This document shows positions 37,931-49,695 of a stretch of 51,724 nucleotides of DNA, piece by piece (position 1 is the stretch's first letter; the number at the start of each line of letters is the position of its first letter). Source of the DNA: Catajapyx aquilonaris. Lineage: Eukaryota. A program made the translations under genes and the position numbers. Under the pieces are notes generated by a model that ran no database searches, was not told where the DNA came from, and was given only the letters and a program-made list of their open reading frames with translations. The stretch lies in contig JYFJ02000722.1 of assembly GCA_000934665.2 (NCBI GenBank), positions 62,001 to 113,724 of the forward strand. Reading direction: 5' to 3'.

Positions 37931-38659
37931 TGTCACTGCTACAAACACCAGATAAACCTGGCTGTAAGCAGCTACCCTTTACTTCAGTACAGGACTTCGT
38001 TCGTTCGTACCTGCCTGACTCGTGCAAGTCAACCGATGAGCACCGCTGGACTCGTCATCGACCGGGTGTAATCGAGGCAGATCACCAGTGATTCTGCCTC
38101 ACCACCACCACTCCAAGTGAAGAGTCACTGGCCACCTAATGCCTCCTGGAGTTGGGCCAGCCAGCCAGTCCCTGATTCATCCCCATCCCGTGTGGCATGA
38201 GTCGGGAGAAGTAGGGCAGCAGGATGTGTTCTGCAAGTGGGAAACAGCGGAAGGAGGGACGGAAGGAAGCAGAAGATGGACACGAACAGGAGAGGCCCCG
38301 ACCGATGGCGAATGAGGCACGGACTTTGCCGAGTCAGGCTCACTCTTCTCAGAGCTGAACCAATGCGGTTTACACGGCACATGCTCCGGCAGGGGGAACG
38401 AAGGAAGGCACCAATGGGATAGCACGATCACTAGGAAGTGACCAATCGCAGGGATACAGCGACTAGAAGTCATGCGCACACCGCACGCGCATGCGAAGTA
38501 GGTGGAAGGAGTAAATTGCGTAATTATAGAGGAATTATTAATAGAGGAGCAGGTGCTGCTGGAGGGGAGGGGAGGGAATGGAGGGGTCGTATTCATGCAG
38601 GTGTAGCATATCGAGGGAGTCCGGACACTAGAGACCAATTATATTGTAGCGTTGTGACA
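37931..38659. mobile_element. Probable solo LTR (Gypsy or BEL/Pao type), 729 bp
   Basis: Inverted termini TGTCAC...GTGACA with flanks ACGAC / ACGAA (5-bp TSD, one mismatch). A GC/CpG-rich block in a CpG-poor context, with several CCAAT boxes and an AGTAAA about 50 nt from the left end on the minus strand. Confidence 0.65.
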
Positions 38660-39727
38660 ACGAACGGATGGCGGGAAAAACTGTATACAGATCGGGAAAC
38701 CATGAATTGCTCCCATTCAAACTACATGCTGACACTTTCCATGTAACTCAATCTGCTCGGCAAATCCTGAAGTCCACAGTCCACAATGTCTGTGGGTTTC
38801 TGCAGTGGCACGGATAAAGTGCAGTACTGTTAGAAAATTGCTGAGAAATGAACTGGAACAAGGGACAATTCCCTCAGGAGGGTATAAATCACAGGAGCTG
38901 GAAGATTGGATCAATGCACACCAGCTTCATCTCTGAAGCTATAGCCAAATGAGGTCCAACATTGGAATATTACTTCATGAGCATGTATGACAGGTTGCAA
39001 ATGCACAAAAGTGGCTTTTCTAAAGTACAACTTCAAGCAAGCTGCACTATTCTCTTTTTCTGGATTTTAAGTAATGCTGATGAATTGATATTGTATGGAC
39101 ACCCAACTGAAAGTGCATTTTCTGAAGCTTAAAATCAATATGACCTTCATGAGTGGAGTGCAAAAACTAGTGGCAATAATATGACCTTAGAGCTGCATGA
39201 GCACAGGTGTTGTCTTCATCTTCCATCCTCTCCCTTGTTAGTAATAATTCATCATCCCTCATCAACCCTGCTTTCTCTACCCACCAGTACTGCTACTTGG
39301 CATTTAATAAAATGAACAATGTGATAAAAATTAGGAATAGAGGACAAGCATCATCATTCTGTGCCTTTGATTCAGTATACATCTGAGAATGGAAAGTCTA
39401 TCGTTTATCCGCACATAGCGACGCGGTGCTTCAAACATGTTGGCTACGCGTCGCAAACAACCGGTTGCCTGGAGAGCACAACAAAGGGCGTCTTCTTACC
39501 CCTGCCATGCGAACCGTTCAGACGAGTGCTAGGACCACAGTATTAATGAAGGAGGTGGGTAATATGAAAGCCATGATGGTTGCGCTGCAGTCCGTTAACC
39601 CAAAGAACGATATGATGTCACACCAGCCGTGTTTTCTGAGAGTGTGCAGTAGTATGCCTGCAGAGGGAGTCGTGGGCATGATTGGAGGGGAGAGCCGGGT
39701 CGTGGCGGGCGGAACTTGGCGTCATGT

Positions 39728-39992
39728 TTGGTTTGGTTTGGTTTATTTGGAAGAAGCCAAAGCAACTGTGGCTATCTGGCTGTAAGAAGAAGCAAAGGTG
39801 GGACAGATGGAGGGAGAAACGAAGAGGAAAAAGAAGAGAGGAAAGACTGGCATCCCTCTTAGTCTGTCTCCTATCCCAAAGACCTGTCCGGCTTGGGTGG
39901 CCCTACCAGTAGACAAAGCTACCGCCGGCATAGCTCTTGGGGTCATGGGAGAAACCCCACCACCACGATAAGGTGGAGATACCATCGGGGGG
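39728..39992 (-). mobile_element. Short non-autonomous retroelement made of an RTE-LINE-like 5' domain, a pyrimidine tract and an (AAACC)n tail
   Basis: Perfect 13-bp TSD CTTGGCGTCATGT at 39715-39727 and 39993-40005. The minus-strand head CCACCTTATCGTGGTGG...ATGACCCCAAGAGCTATGCC...GGTAGGGCCACCCAAGCCGGACAGGTC...CAGACTAAGAG resembles the recalled Expander/Rex3 and BovB 5' UTR. It ends AATAAACCAAACCAAACCAA. Confidence 0.85.
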
Positions 39993-41294
39993 CTTGGCGT
40001 CATGTAGTTCGTTGGTTTAACGGACTGTGTGAAGGTGTACTTCGCGCATGGCAAAGCCACAATAATGTTCGTTGGCCTGCGGCGCCACAAGACGGACAGT
40101 AAATGTTGCGAATACAGAAACCCACAATAAGCGCCCAGCTCCGCTATCGCTCCGCAAAAACTAACAATATCACGCACGGGCGACGTACCGTGCCTGGCAG
40201 GGCCACAACAATGTACAGTACTGTTGCGGTAACAAAAAGCCATACAGCAATACCAAGACAAAGTGCTATTCCATCCACTTAATCACCTCAAAATCCAGAA
40301 TTGAATCCCCGAAAGCCCGAAAAGAAAAATAAAGCACAGTTCCATGTAACCATGCAGCAGTATCAATAGGCACCCGATTGTTTGCGACGCAACGTTGCCA
40401 ACCGTCGGGAGACCTTGTTGTTAACGTGCGGATAAACAATAGCTTATCCCTGAGAATGAGATGACACCTCCCTGATACACCTCAGACTGTCTTCTGATAA
40501 TAATAACTTATCATGCAAAGGTTAATCTTGAATAGGGAATACTTTCACTTATAGAACAGAATTATATGGCCCTTTGAAGAATTACTAACATTGGCTCTGC
40601 ACAAGTTCATGGACTCTAAAACTAAGGATCTAAATTCAGCAGGATATGCCAATACAATCACCTTGTATTGTGACTATGAACATGTTCCCTGACCCCTTAA
40701 TTTTCCACAATTCTTTTAAGGTAGTGGTGAGTGTGAAAGGTGCAAGTCCCATCAAATAAATGCAGAAAAAAATCCATGTCCATTATCTCTAAAGTGTGAT
40801 TATTTTTTTATAACAGCTACAAAAGTATTGTATGTAGTGGTCTGGCCAATTCTAGCCAATGCTTCTCAAAAATTCACAACCATAACTGGTTCTACTTGCT
40901 TGATTTCTTTTGGCAGAGAATGTGTAAATGAAACATGGAACTTAATGTAGCATGAATTTTTTGCGTGTCAATAATATGTACACAGCCACAAGCACTAGCA
41001 ATATACAAAAATGAAACCTACTAACTTTATATAACAAAATACCACATCTATATGTCGACATCACTTAGGAACAAATAATCATCTTGCTTGAAGCCAAAAA
41101 AGTCCTTATCATTATTATTATTTTTTAAAATGTACACTCGGGGTCAAAATAGCTTCAATACTGTGACAGAGACAAAACAAAGTTGATAAACATGCTGCAC
41201 CTAACATACATGGAAGTCCAAGGGTACCTGTCCTGTGCACACTTTCCATACAACCACAACCACCCAAACCCAAATTAGAAAATAGGAGTCCTCC

Positions 41295-44200
41295 TCACAA
41301 TACCCAAAAGTATAAGATTATCACAAAAATAACAATAACTCCAGCAGCAGCCTTGGCATACTTTGAGGCCATGTTCAGATAAGTTGCATCCTTCTTGTAT
41401 TTCTGTGACAGGATGGACAGATTCTGAGCTTTGCTATCCAAATCTGAAAATGATTATAAATGTTACAAACAACAGAAGAACCCTGATTCTCATTATATTT
41501 ACCTGAAAGAACAGCTCCTCTCTGGAGAACATCATCTATGTTCTGGACCATAATCCTCTGCACATCTTGAAGCTCATTATTCAGTGTGTTGAGGTTACGT
41601 CGAACTCTTGAGTCCACAAATGATTTTCGTGCTTTCTGAATGTACGTGTCTGTAATTTCAAACTACGTCAATTCTCCCATGGAAACATGATACAAGTTAC
41701 AGGACTATTCTAACATTACAACTGCAATAGATAGTAGGACAGAAGATGCTTCATACCAAATTCGATGAAAGAATATGGGCGAGTCGCACTGCTGACTCTC
41801 TTGCCATACTGTGAGCTGAATTCTTGTGACAAGTCTTCCAGGTAGGAAAAGGCCAAGCGCTTGGAAAAGTTCTTCTCACACAGCACAAGGTAGCATACAT
41901 CCTCTTCTATTAAATAACTGCAAACATCATTCGAGTTATTTACCTTCGAGGGTGCTGAACCAGAATGGGTCTCCCAAGCAGTCACAATTTCCTAATATCT
42001 TTATCATGGCAGGCTTGTTCGTTACTTTGCCAACATTTCGCACAAACATAGCGTGACTTATCATAATATACAATCTGTACCACATTGACACAAATCATGC
42101 ATGAATTGAATACATATCATCAATGTGGGAGTAATTACATAAATTACTTGGTCTGTTACTTACAAGATGTAAAAATAGTGTATTATTTCATAGCCATGTT
42201 CACTTCACCCATATCAAAGTGCTAGTGGCTCTTTGCCTTTTGATAAAGCCAACAATGAACAACCTTACACTGAGGCACAAACTTTCATGTAGCAGTTATT
42301 CAAAAACCTATTGTATTCATTCCATGGCTCTTGGTGGCATATATGTCATAAAATCCCAGAAAGCTTAAAACCATGAAACTGTCAATAAAAATACCACCAT
42401 TACAAATAACTTCCTCAGAATCACTTTCATTGCTTTGATACTGTTAGTACAGTGTCGTACAGTGTTGTACAGTGTTGGACATTAATCGAGGCATCCTGCC
42501 AGCGACATTTTCCAAAGCGGCAGAAGAAGGGGTCTTGCTCGCCTGGCTTGCAGTATCCTTATCTTCGATTCCTTTTTCTGCTGCTTCGGAAAATGTCGCT
42601 AGCAATATGCCTCTATTCATGTCCAACACTGTAGGTGCAACTACACATAATTTTTTTTACATATTCAAACAAATGTTTCAAACATACATGCTTAGTATAG
42701 TATTTTTTTGTCAGATTGAAACACAACTCTTGAAAACTGACCTATGCACAGCACATGCTCACAAGAAAGTGTCAATGCTTACAGAAATCTTGCTTGTGTG
42801 GCCTAAAGATTAATTAATTAAAAACCTAATTAGAATGGTCTGGAAAAAGTCCAACATAATGCAACATGCACCTGTGCATACAGGTCTTGATATGAGTATC
42901 TGGATTTTGCAATTCATCCTGTCTGATTTCCCAACCTTTACTCTCTCATGCTCTCTCTAGTTAAAAGACATTATGTAAGCTTGTTAAATTATTTTATTTA
43001 TTTTTCATGGCCTCATGCACCCCCAGATGCAAACCATGGCATTAATTAGATTATTATTTAGCCAGCTACTTTATTAATGAAATTACTTCATAGTGCATTT
43101 GCTACACAGCATGTACCGGGTATGTGATACTCACTGAAATAGGTATGGCCCAGTCTCAATTGTGCATTTTGTGGGACTCTGTGATGTTAGCTTCCGAAAG
43201 AGAATTTTTGCTTGATTCTGGTACTCCAGTATGCTGCGCTCCGACTGCAGAGAAAAATTGGTATAACATTAGTTGCATAAGTACAGTACAATGGGCACTA
43301 TTAAAAGTTTCCTCACTGCATACAAGTGCAGATGTTTAGTTACACAATAATATAAAAACACACTTGACCCCATAGCAGGTGCAAAATGGAGAATGGCAAT
43401 GCAGGTGCAAGAATATGAAGGAATGAACATGCAAATGCTCAGGTAAATGCCCACAACCAGACAGAAAAACAACATGTTGACACAAGTCTGGATAGTCCAG
43501 GTTATTACAAGATACCCAGGTAATCAAGACATTCTGGACAGAAGCTTGGATAAGCTAAGAAAAATGACGGTTCCTGAAGGGCCCATTCCAGTATCAATTT
43601 TGCCCATCCACCTTGATTTTGCCTTACCCACTGATAATTTTTAGTTAGTTTTTATTTAAATGTTGTGAAAATACAAAAATCAGGTAATTATAATTATTCT
43701 GATGAAAAATTCTGTTACAGACTTTGCAATTACGCATTATTTTAAAAAGGCCCCTAGCTGTACATCGAAATAATTTTTTAGAATTACTTTTGCAAACTTG
43801 ACACTCAGTTTTTTACTTATCAACAGCACGAGTTTTGCAATTTTTCATGCTGCGGGAGATTGAAGGAAAGTATTGGAATTTTGTTTTTCATTTTTCTAAC
43901 AATAGTTGAGTTGCCTAAGCAAAGTAGTGCGGTATTCTAGGTTTTCTCCGGCATCTCAGGGTGGCCAGGCATGAAAAGGAGGGCTGGAAAACCCAGGCTG
44001 TTGTGCAAGCTTGGACAGACTTGGGGTGATATGCTTTTTATTTTGCATATTATTTGCTAACACAAGTTTAAAGTGAAATGATTGTGCAACACTGGTTGCA
44101 CAACATGGCACCAGTGTGCAGAATGGCAATGAACAATTACAGCAATTTCTTAATTCAACACCACATTACACTATGCAACACGATATCTGTCTGTGGGAAT

Positions 44201-44854
44201 TTATTGCTATTTCCATGTTCCTTAGGTCACAAGTAACTCATAATGGGCATTCATTTTGTCTTTGATTTGTGTTTGACCTCGGGGCAGTCAAAAAACCAAA
44301 ATCCTCAAATATAAGCAGTTTTTTCCCAATCAGGTGGGCCTAAATGTAGCTAGACCATCTCAGATTTTTCTGAAAATAATCACAGCTGTACACACCTGAG
44401 CCACATCATCGCACAGCAACAATATCATCACAACATGGCATATTAGCTGACTCGGCTGAATACACAACTGCAGTAAATGGGGCCGTCCGTAGACTATACA
44501 TTGATACTTTTTCCCTACTTTCCACCCACCACCCTTTCCGGCTTATCAAGCTGACCCTGTTCACTGCAAACCACAACCATTAAAAAATGATGACATGAAC
44601 ATGCAATGCCATGTAACAATGATGACATGCGCTGTCATTATTGCATACAACACTTATCTTCAATCTCACGAACGACGCCGATTATCTCTGCCATTTTCTC
44701 TCTCCTCAGTGCAATTACAGTGCAAATAATATGCGAAAAGCGCTTGTCATTGCAAAAAAGTGGTAGTCAGAGAACGTACCTGCTCGTCCTCCTGTATGGA
44801 GGCGGCCAGGGCGAGTCCGTCGGCCACCCGCGCTATCATCGTCAGCAAAACCAT
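41295..44854 (-). CDS. SEC22B: Vesicle-trafficking R-SNARE Sec22 (SEC22b-like), 213 aa, 5 exons
   Basis: Exons 44780-44854 ([25 protein letters not shown]), 43135-43244, 41757-41917, 41503-41649 and 41295-41443 join in phase (642 nt). Longin domain [14 protein letters not shown] motif [20 protein letters not shown], and a C-terminal TM segment. Confidence 0.96.
42470..42631. mobile_element. Tc1/mariner-type palindromic MITE in SEC22 intron 2
   Basis: TA-CAGTGTTGGACAT...ATGTCCAACACTG-TA, with internal inverted arms AGCGACATTTTCC / GGAAAATGTCGCT. Confidence 0.85.
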
Positions 44855-44859
44855 GGCTG

Positions 44860-45447
44860 GTCGTCCTGCTGCCTGCAGCGGGCAAGGACAGAGCTTCTTC
44901 TTCGAGCTGGGAGATGCCGGCTCCTACAGGATCCAACACGGCGGCCTCCTCATCCAACTGGTCCGCCTGAGTAGTCCCGTTGCTCTCGCAACGCCGTCTG
45001 CTCTTTCCCCTCTGCTCGCGATGATGTGGCTCAGGCACCGACAGAGGCGCCAGAAGAAGCCACCTACATACTCACACCTGATCCACACCAGTGCGTCGCA
45101 TCCCCGGATCCGTTTAACACCCACAATCGGATAAACCTTATATGACACATTACCTATGATATGAAGGGATTGTTCCGGATAATTGTTACCCGGAACGACC
45201 CGGAGAAAGTGCAGTGCTCCTGGCAACTGTGGGTTGATGGTTACGTCACACGTCCTTCCAGCCAATGGGAGGGCAAGAATGGGGGGGTGCTGCGAAGGGT
45301 AATCTCCGGAGTGGAATAGTAGCTGTCCCATCGAGCGGAGTCAGAATCGAACTCCACACAGGGCGTAATATTTTTTAAAGGCCCTTTCCCCAACAGTCAG
45401 CGGCAGGGGAGCTGTGCGCATCAGCTGGGAAACTGTGGGGCCTACCC
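44860..45447. promoter_or_regulatory. CpG-rich bidirectional promoter and 5' UTRs between SEC22 (-) and the downstream + strand gene
   Basis: The two ATGs (44854 and 45448) are divergent and about 590 bp apart. Tandem ACGT cores (TTACGTCACACGTC, 45241-45254) lie next to a CCAAT box, and CCGGA motifs are present. Confidence 0.6.
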
Positions 45448-48400
45448 ATGGCCTGGCTCGCAGGTAAACGGGGGAGGCTGAGGCAAGGGCGGGTTGGGCA
45501 GACTGACTGGGTGAAAGTGAGGGGCTGGCTACTAGCCTTGGCTCTTGTTGTTCTGGATTTTGGCAGGCATTCATGGCACAGGTGCGTCGCTGTTTGTTCG
45601 CTGGGAAGGTTTTATCGGGCTTTTGTGGCGCTCCTGGCCGTGTCAATCGATAGTGATTGCTTCAGGCTGAAGGCACCAGAGACGTCTGCTGTGTGCCACT
45701 TACAGGTCACCATATGTGCAGTGGGAGGGACAGTTAGGGGAGACATATTTTGGCTGTGGGTGTGCTGTTGGAATGGAATTCATTAGTGATTTTGAGCCAT
45801 ATGTGACAGGGAAAGCCATAAGATGGGTCCTTATTTTGCGTCGGTGGCCAGGTGGAATGTACCTTATAGCCTAATCCGTGCTTGATCACATGAAATATGC
45901 AACCATCTAAAGCATATGGAGTTATCTGTGTGCAAATGACAGTGACTCCATATTTAGTCATGGAATACCATCAAATCAGTTGGCCTAGTTTTAAAAATGA
46001 GTGAGGTAACTGTCGACCCTCATGCAATTTAATTCACAGTGGGGTGCTGTTCTTCACAGTAGAAAAATATTTCTGGAATGACTCGATCCTCATAATTTCT
46101 CATAATTTTTGCTGAGGTGATAACAGCTGATGTTCAGAGCAGCAATCGGTATTAGTTACCCATAACAGTGCAGGCCTGCTTGTTGCAATTATGGTGAGAA
46201 ATTTACATATTTGGTGTTAATGGACTAGGGATAAATTAAGTACAATCATGTGTGAACCTTTTACATTGAAGCCTACGTAGCACCACAGAATTTTTCAGCT
46301 GTACGTTATAGATATGCAATGATAACCATCTGCCATGACCAAACAACAGTTTTGTATTTGACAAAGTTCGTTATATCCAGGGTCCACTCTAAGCAGCTTG
46401 TGCTGTTATCTCAATGTGATAAGGACAGTTAGAATTATTACTCTTTAATTGTCTAGGAGTGCTTTGGAAAGTGATAAAGCCCAAGTGTACTCTATTGAGT
46501 TGCCTCGTAGTTGTCATGCACAAAGTGAGAACCGCAGAATATTGAACTATTGCTACAAATTAGTGGTATTTTGGTATTTAATGGGCCCAAACTAATAACT
46601 GGGTATACCGGCAGTTTATTTTAACTATTTTTAATTGTCATGAGCACCTAGGTGTAGATTATGTGAAAGAAGTGGTTATATCATAGGTTAGCGGATTGTT
46701 TATCAGTAAGATAGCAAAGGATGCTTGGTTGTGTGTTGATAAAACCTCTGTGCTAATTATTGCATTATCTTAGATAGGTCATTTATTGTTTTAGTTTCTT
46801 AAAAAGTGCTACTGTTTTTGTTGTTTTAATTAGGAGTGGCTTGATATTACGTGAATATATAACATGTTTTCTGAAATTATTCTATGGTGATTAATTAGTT
46901 CATGAGCATTTTGTTGCAGCAGGTCATGTTGTAGAAGAAATTATACAGGATGTTACGTATTAAGTTCTCTAAGTGGTTAGGAAGTTTTTGGCACCATACT
47001 GCTTATATTAAACAGTTACTTGACCACAGTTACTTCTCTTAAGGAATACATTTGTTGCTAATATTATGTTGTATTGGGCAACACGGTGGAGGAGTGGTTA
47101 GCGCCACAGCCTTCCACCTCTAATGTCCCGAGTTCGATCCCCGGGTCGGACGGAGGATACTTATGTGGATAGAGGTTCGATGGGTTCTCTCTGTGTTCGC
47201 GTGGGTTTTCTCGGGGTTCTCCCGTTTCCTTCCGCAATAAAAATCCATCACAGCACAGGCAATGATTAAAGTCGGTCAAACAAAAAGATGACCATCCCCT
47301 AAGAGGCCCAAGGAGGCCTATCATGGGGTATCCTGTGTCATTTTTTTTTTGTTTAAATTTTTATTTTAATATTAGGTTGTGTGGACCTATCCTTTTAAAA
47401 CCCTGCAAAGGGGGTCAAGGCCTGAGAAAATGGCTTCATCATTGACGTTAGATTGTAATGTTTCCAATGGGTTTCAAAGGTTTCCAGTTCAGTTTGACCT
47501 AATATTAGCAGCTAATTCTTTCAAAAGCTGCTAAAAGTGACTGCAAAAGTAGCTGCTTAAAATAACTAGCATAGTGTCAGAAAAATGCTAGCCACTAATG
47601 GCATTTCAATGGGAACATCCTTTGTAATTATTCATCACATTCAGTTGAAGTGATTATTTTAGAGGACATTGAATTTATGTAAAAGAAAAAAGTTAATCAA
47701 AATGATACGAGTTTAGTTAAGATGCACTAGACTTATGGTGTTACTAGGCAATTGCTTTTAAATTATATGAGGAGACACTTAATCTTTAAACTGTGTATGT
47801 AAGCTTTAAGCTATAGAGGACATGACCATTTGTCAGCAACTCAGAAGGGATTGATAATGAAATGGTCATTTATTGCTATTAGGTAAGTGCACATTTCGTG
47901 GTTCAATGACGTATAATTTGTAACTCAGAGAAATGTTTTGAGAGGTTCGTGATTATAAAAACCTGATGTGTACTTAAAGGCACCATTTTCCCCCCAATTA
48001 GTTAACTGCACCTGCAACCAGTAGTCATACTTCTGCACTGTAACACACAGCAAAATGCATCGTCGCCAACGAAAACCCATGAATGCTGGTAAGTGTGGCT
48101 CATCATTCTTTTTACTCACAGAGGCATTATTTTAGTCATATGCAATTGGCTTTCAGTAGATCAGCAAAGGACAAGAGCATGGCCAGGTGCTTCAACTGCT
48201 CCAGACATGGGCTCTGGAATTAAATTGTATAATCCAGCTGAATTTGCATCAGGACCTGCCACATCTGATGCTAGTCAGGTTGGACATTATTTAAATCTTG
48301 TATTGGAATTGGGAATTGTAGTAATTACCAGATTAATGTGATGGTCGAGTTTTGTCTAAATTCATGCTGTGATTGCTTACTATAATCTGTGTTTGATTTG

Positions 48401-49657
48401 CTATTTGATAATGCATTATACTACATGGCTTGGAAATAGTCATAAAAATAACATAAGGTTTTATTATTCTTGACTAATGCTGTTCATCACACCCCAAATA
48501 TCTAGGTAGATTCAGATAATGCCAAGGATAAAACGTTTTGTGCACAATGAGGATTGCCATGTTTTATTATTATTATTTTCAAGGAACCAGTAAGAATAGA
48601 ACTATGCATGTCAATAAAAGAATTTATTGCAGCACCTTTCTTCCATCTTTCTTTACTCCTGTTCAGAAGCTGTGATATTTCTTTCTGTTGCCTGAGTTTG
48701 GCCAGACCTGTTATTATTATGTTGTGTCCTTTTTATGTCTATGATAAGGTCCTTGTGGATGGGCAGGATGTCAAACAGACTGGCACACTACTCCTGTGGT
48801 GTGATGCTTTTCTACACTAGCCTCATTATATCTCTGGAATTGTCAATCATTCCAGATGGGTCTAAGCTGTGCCTCTTGTCATTCCTCCACCACACATTTA
48901 TGCAGAGTCTCTAGAAGTCTAGATGATAGATGGTTACAGCATAATCATATGGCTTCTATAGAAGTTGCAGTTCAGGGAGCACTTGGGAGTGTGTACAAGA
49001 TCTGACAGTTTGGCTACATAGTTATGAAATGCAGTTCATTAGGTTCATTGTGCAGTTATACTGTACAGTATATTCATCCATTACAAAGACCCAGAACACT
49101 ATATGGGAAATACTAGCAGCTTCTTGGAGAGCAACAAAGTGGAGTTACATGCCAAGCTGTTTGATGCTGTACCTACCCATATGGAGACCATCATTTCTGT
49201 GAAAAGAGGATGCAGGAAAATTTTGGATTCATCAATTTTTACACAGAGTCACAATAAATTCATCTAAATATCATTACTGTTTCCTTCATTAAAAAGGCGT
49301 CGAGCCTAATGCCACACAGATATTATTGTCTCAGATTTTCTTGCATGCTACCCATAGGTTTTCAGGGTGGCCGAAATTCCAAGAAGTATGTGGTGTATAG
49401 ACTGAGCTTGCATGCATGCATGCCCAGATTACCACAGTTAAAAAAAAAAAAAAAAAACGATTTCTGGATGTAGGGTGTAACTAATGAGTAACTAGCCCTT
49501 CTTATACCAAAGGTTGAAAGTTTTGTATACTAATTACTATTAATATCTTAACACACAGAATTGGGATCAGTCTCAATGGGGTGCCCCAGCCACTACTGGG
49601 TACACACCTTCAGACGCCCCTGCCTGGAACTGGGGTGCACAACCCACTTATTCCCAG

Positions 49658-49695
<38 letters not shown>

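Noticed and set aside
38125..38746. Overlapping ORFs on both strands
   Set aside because: They are explained by the GC-rich putative LTR and show no gag or pol motifs.
39835..39870. CAGACTA...CAGTC resembling group I intron P7 elements
   Set aside because: The match is too short, the rest of the group I core is not evident, and a simple local hairpin explains it.
39743..40261. 172-aa minus-strand ORF
   Set aside because: It runs across the TSD boundary into the non-coding RTE-derived insert and has no recognisable domain.
44606..45786. Multiple ORFs of 100-135 aa
   Set aside because: This is CpG-island sequence; only SEC22 exon 1 and the short MAWLA exon are supported.
47076..47150. tRNA-like sequence as a third tRNA gene
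   Set aside because: The cloverleaf is degenerate and continues into a SINE body with a tail and TSD.
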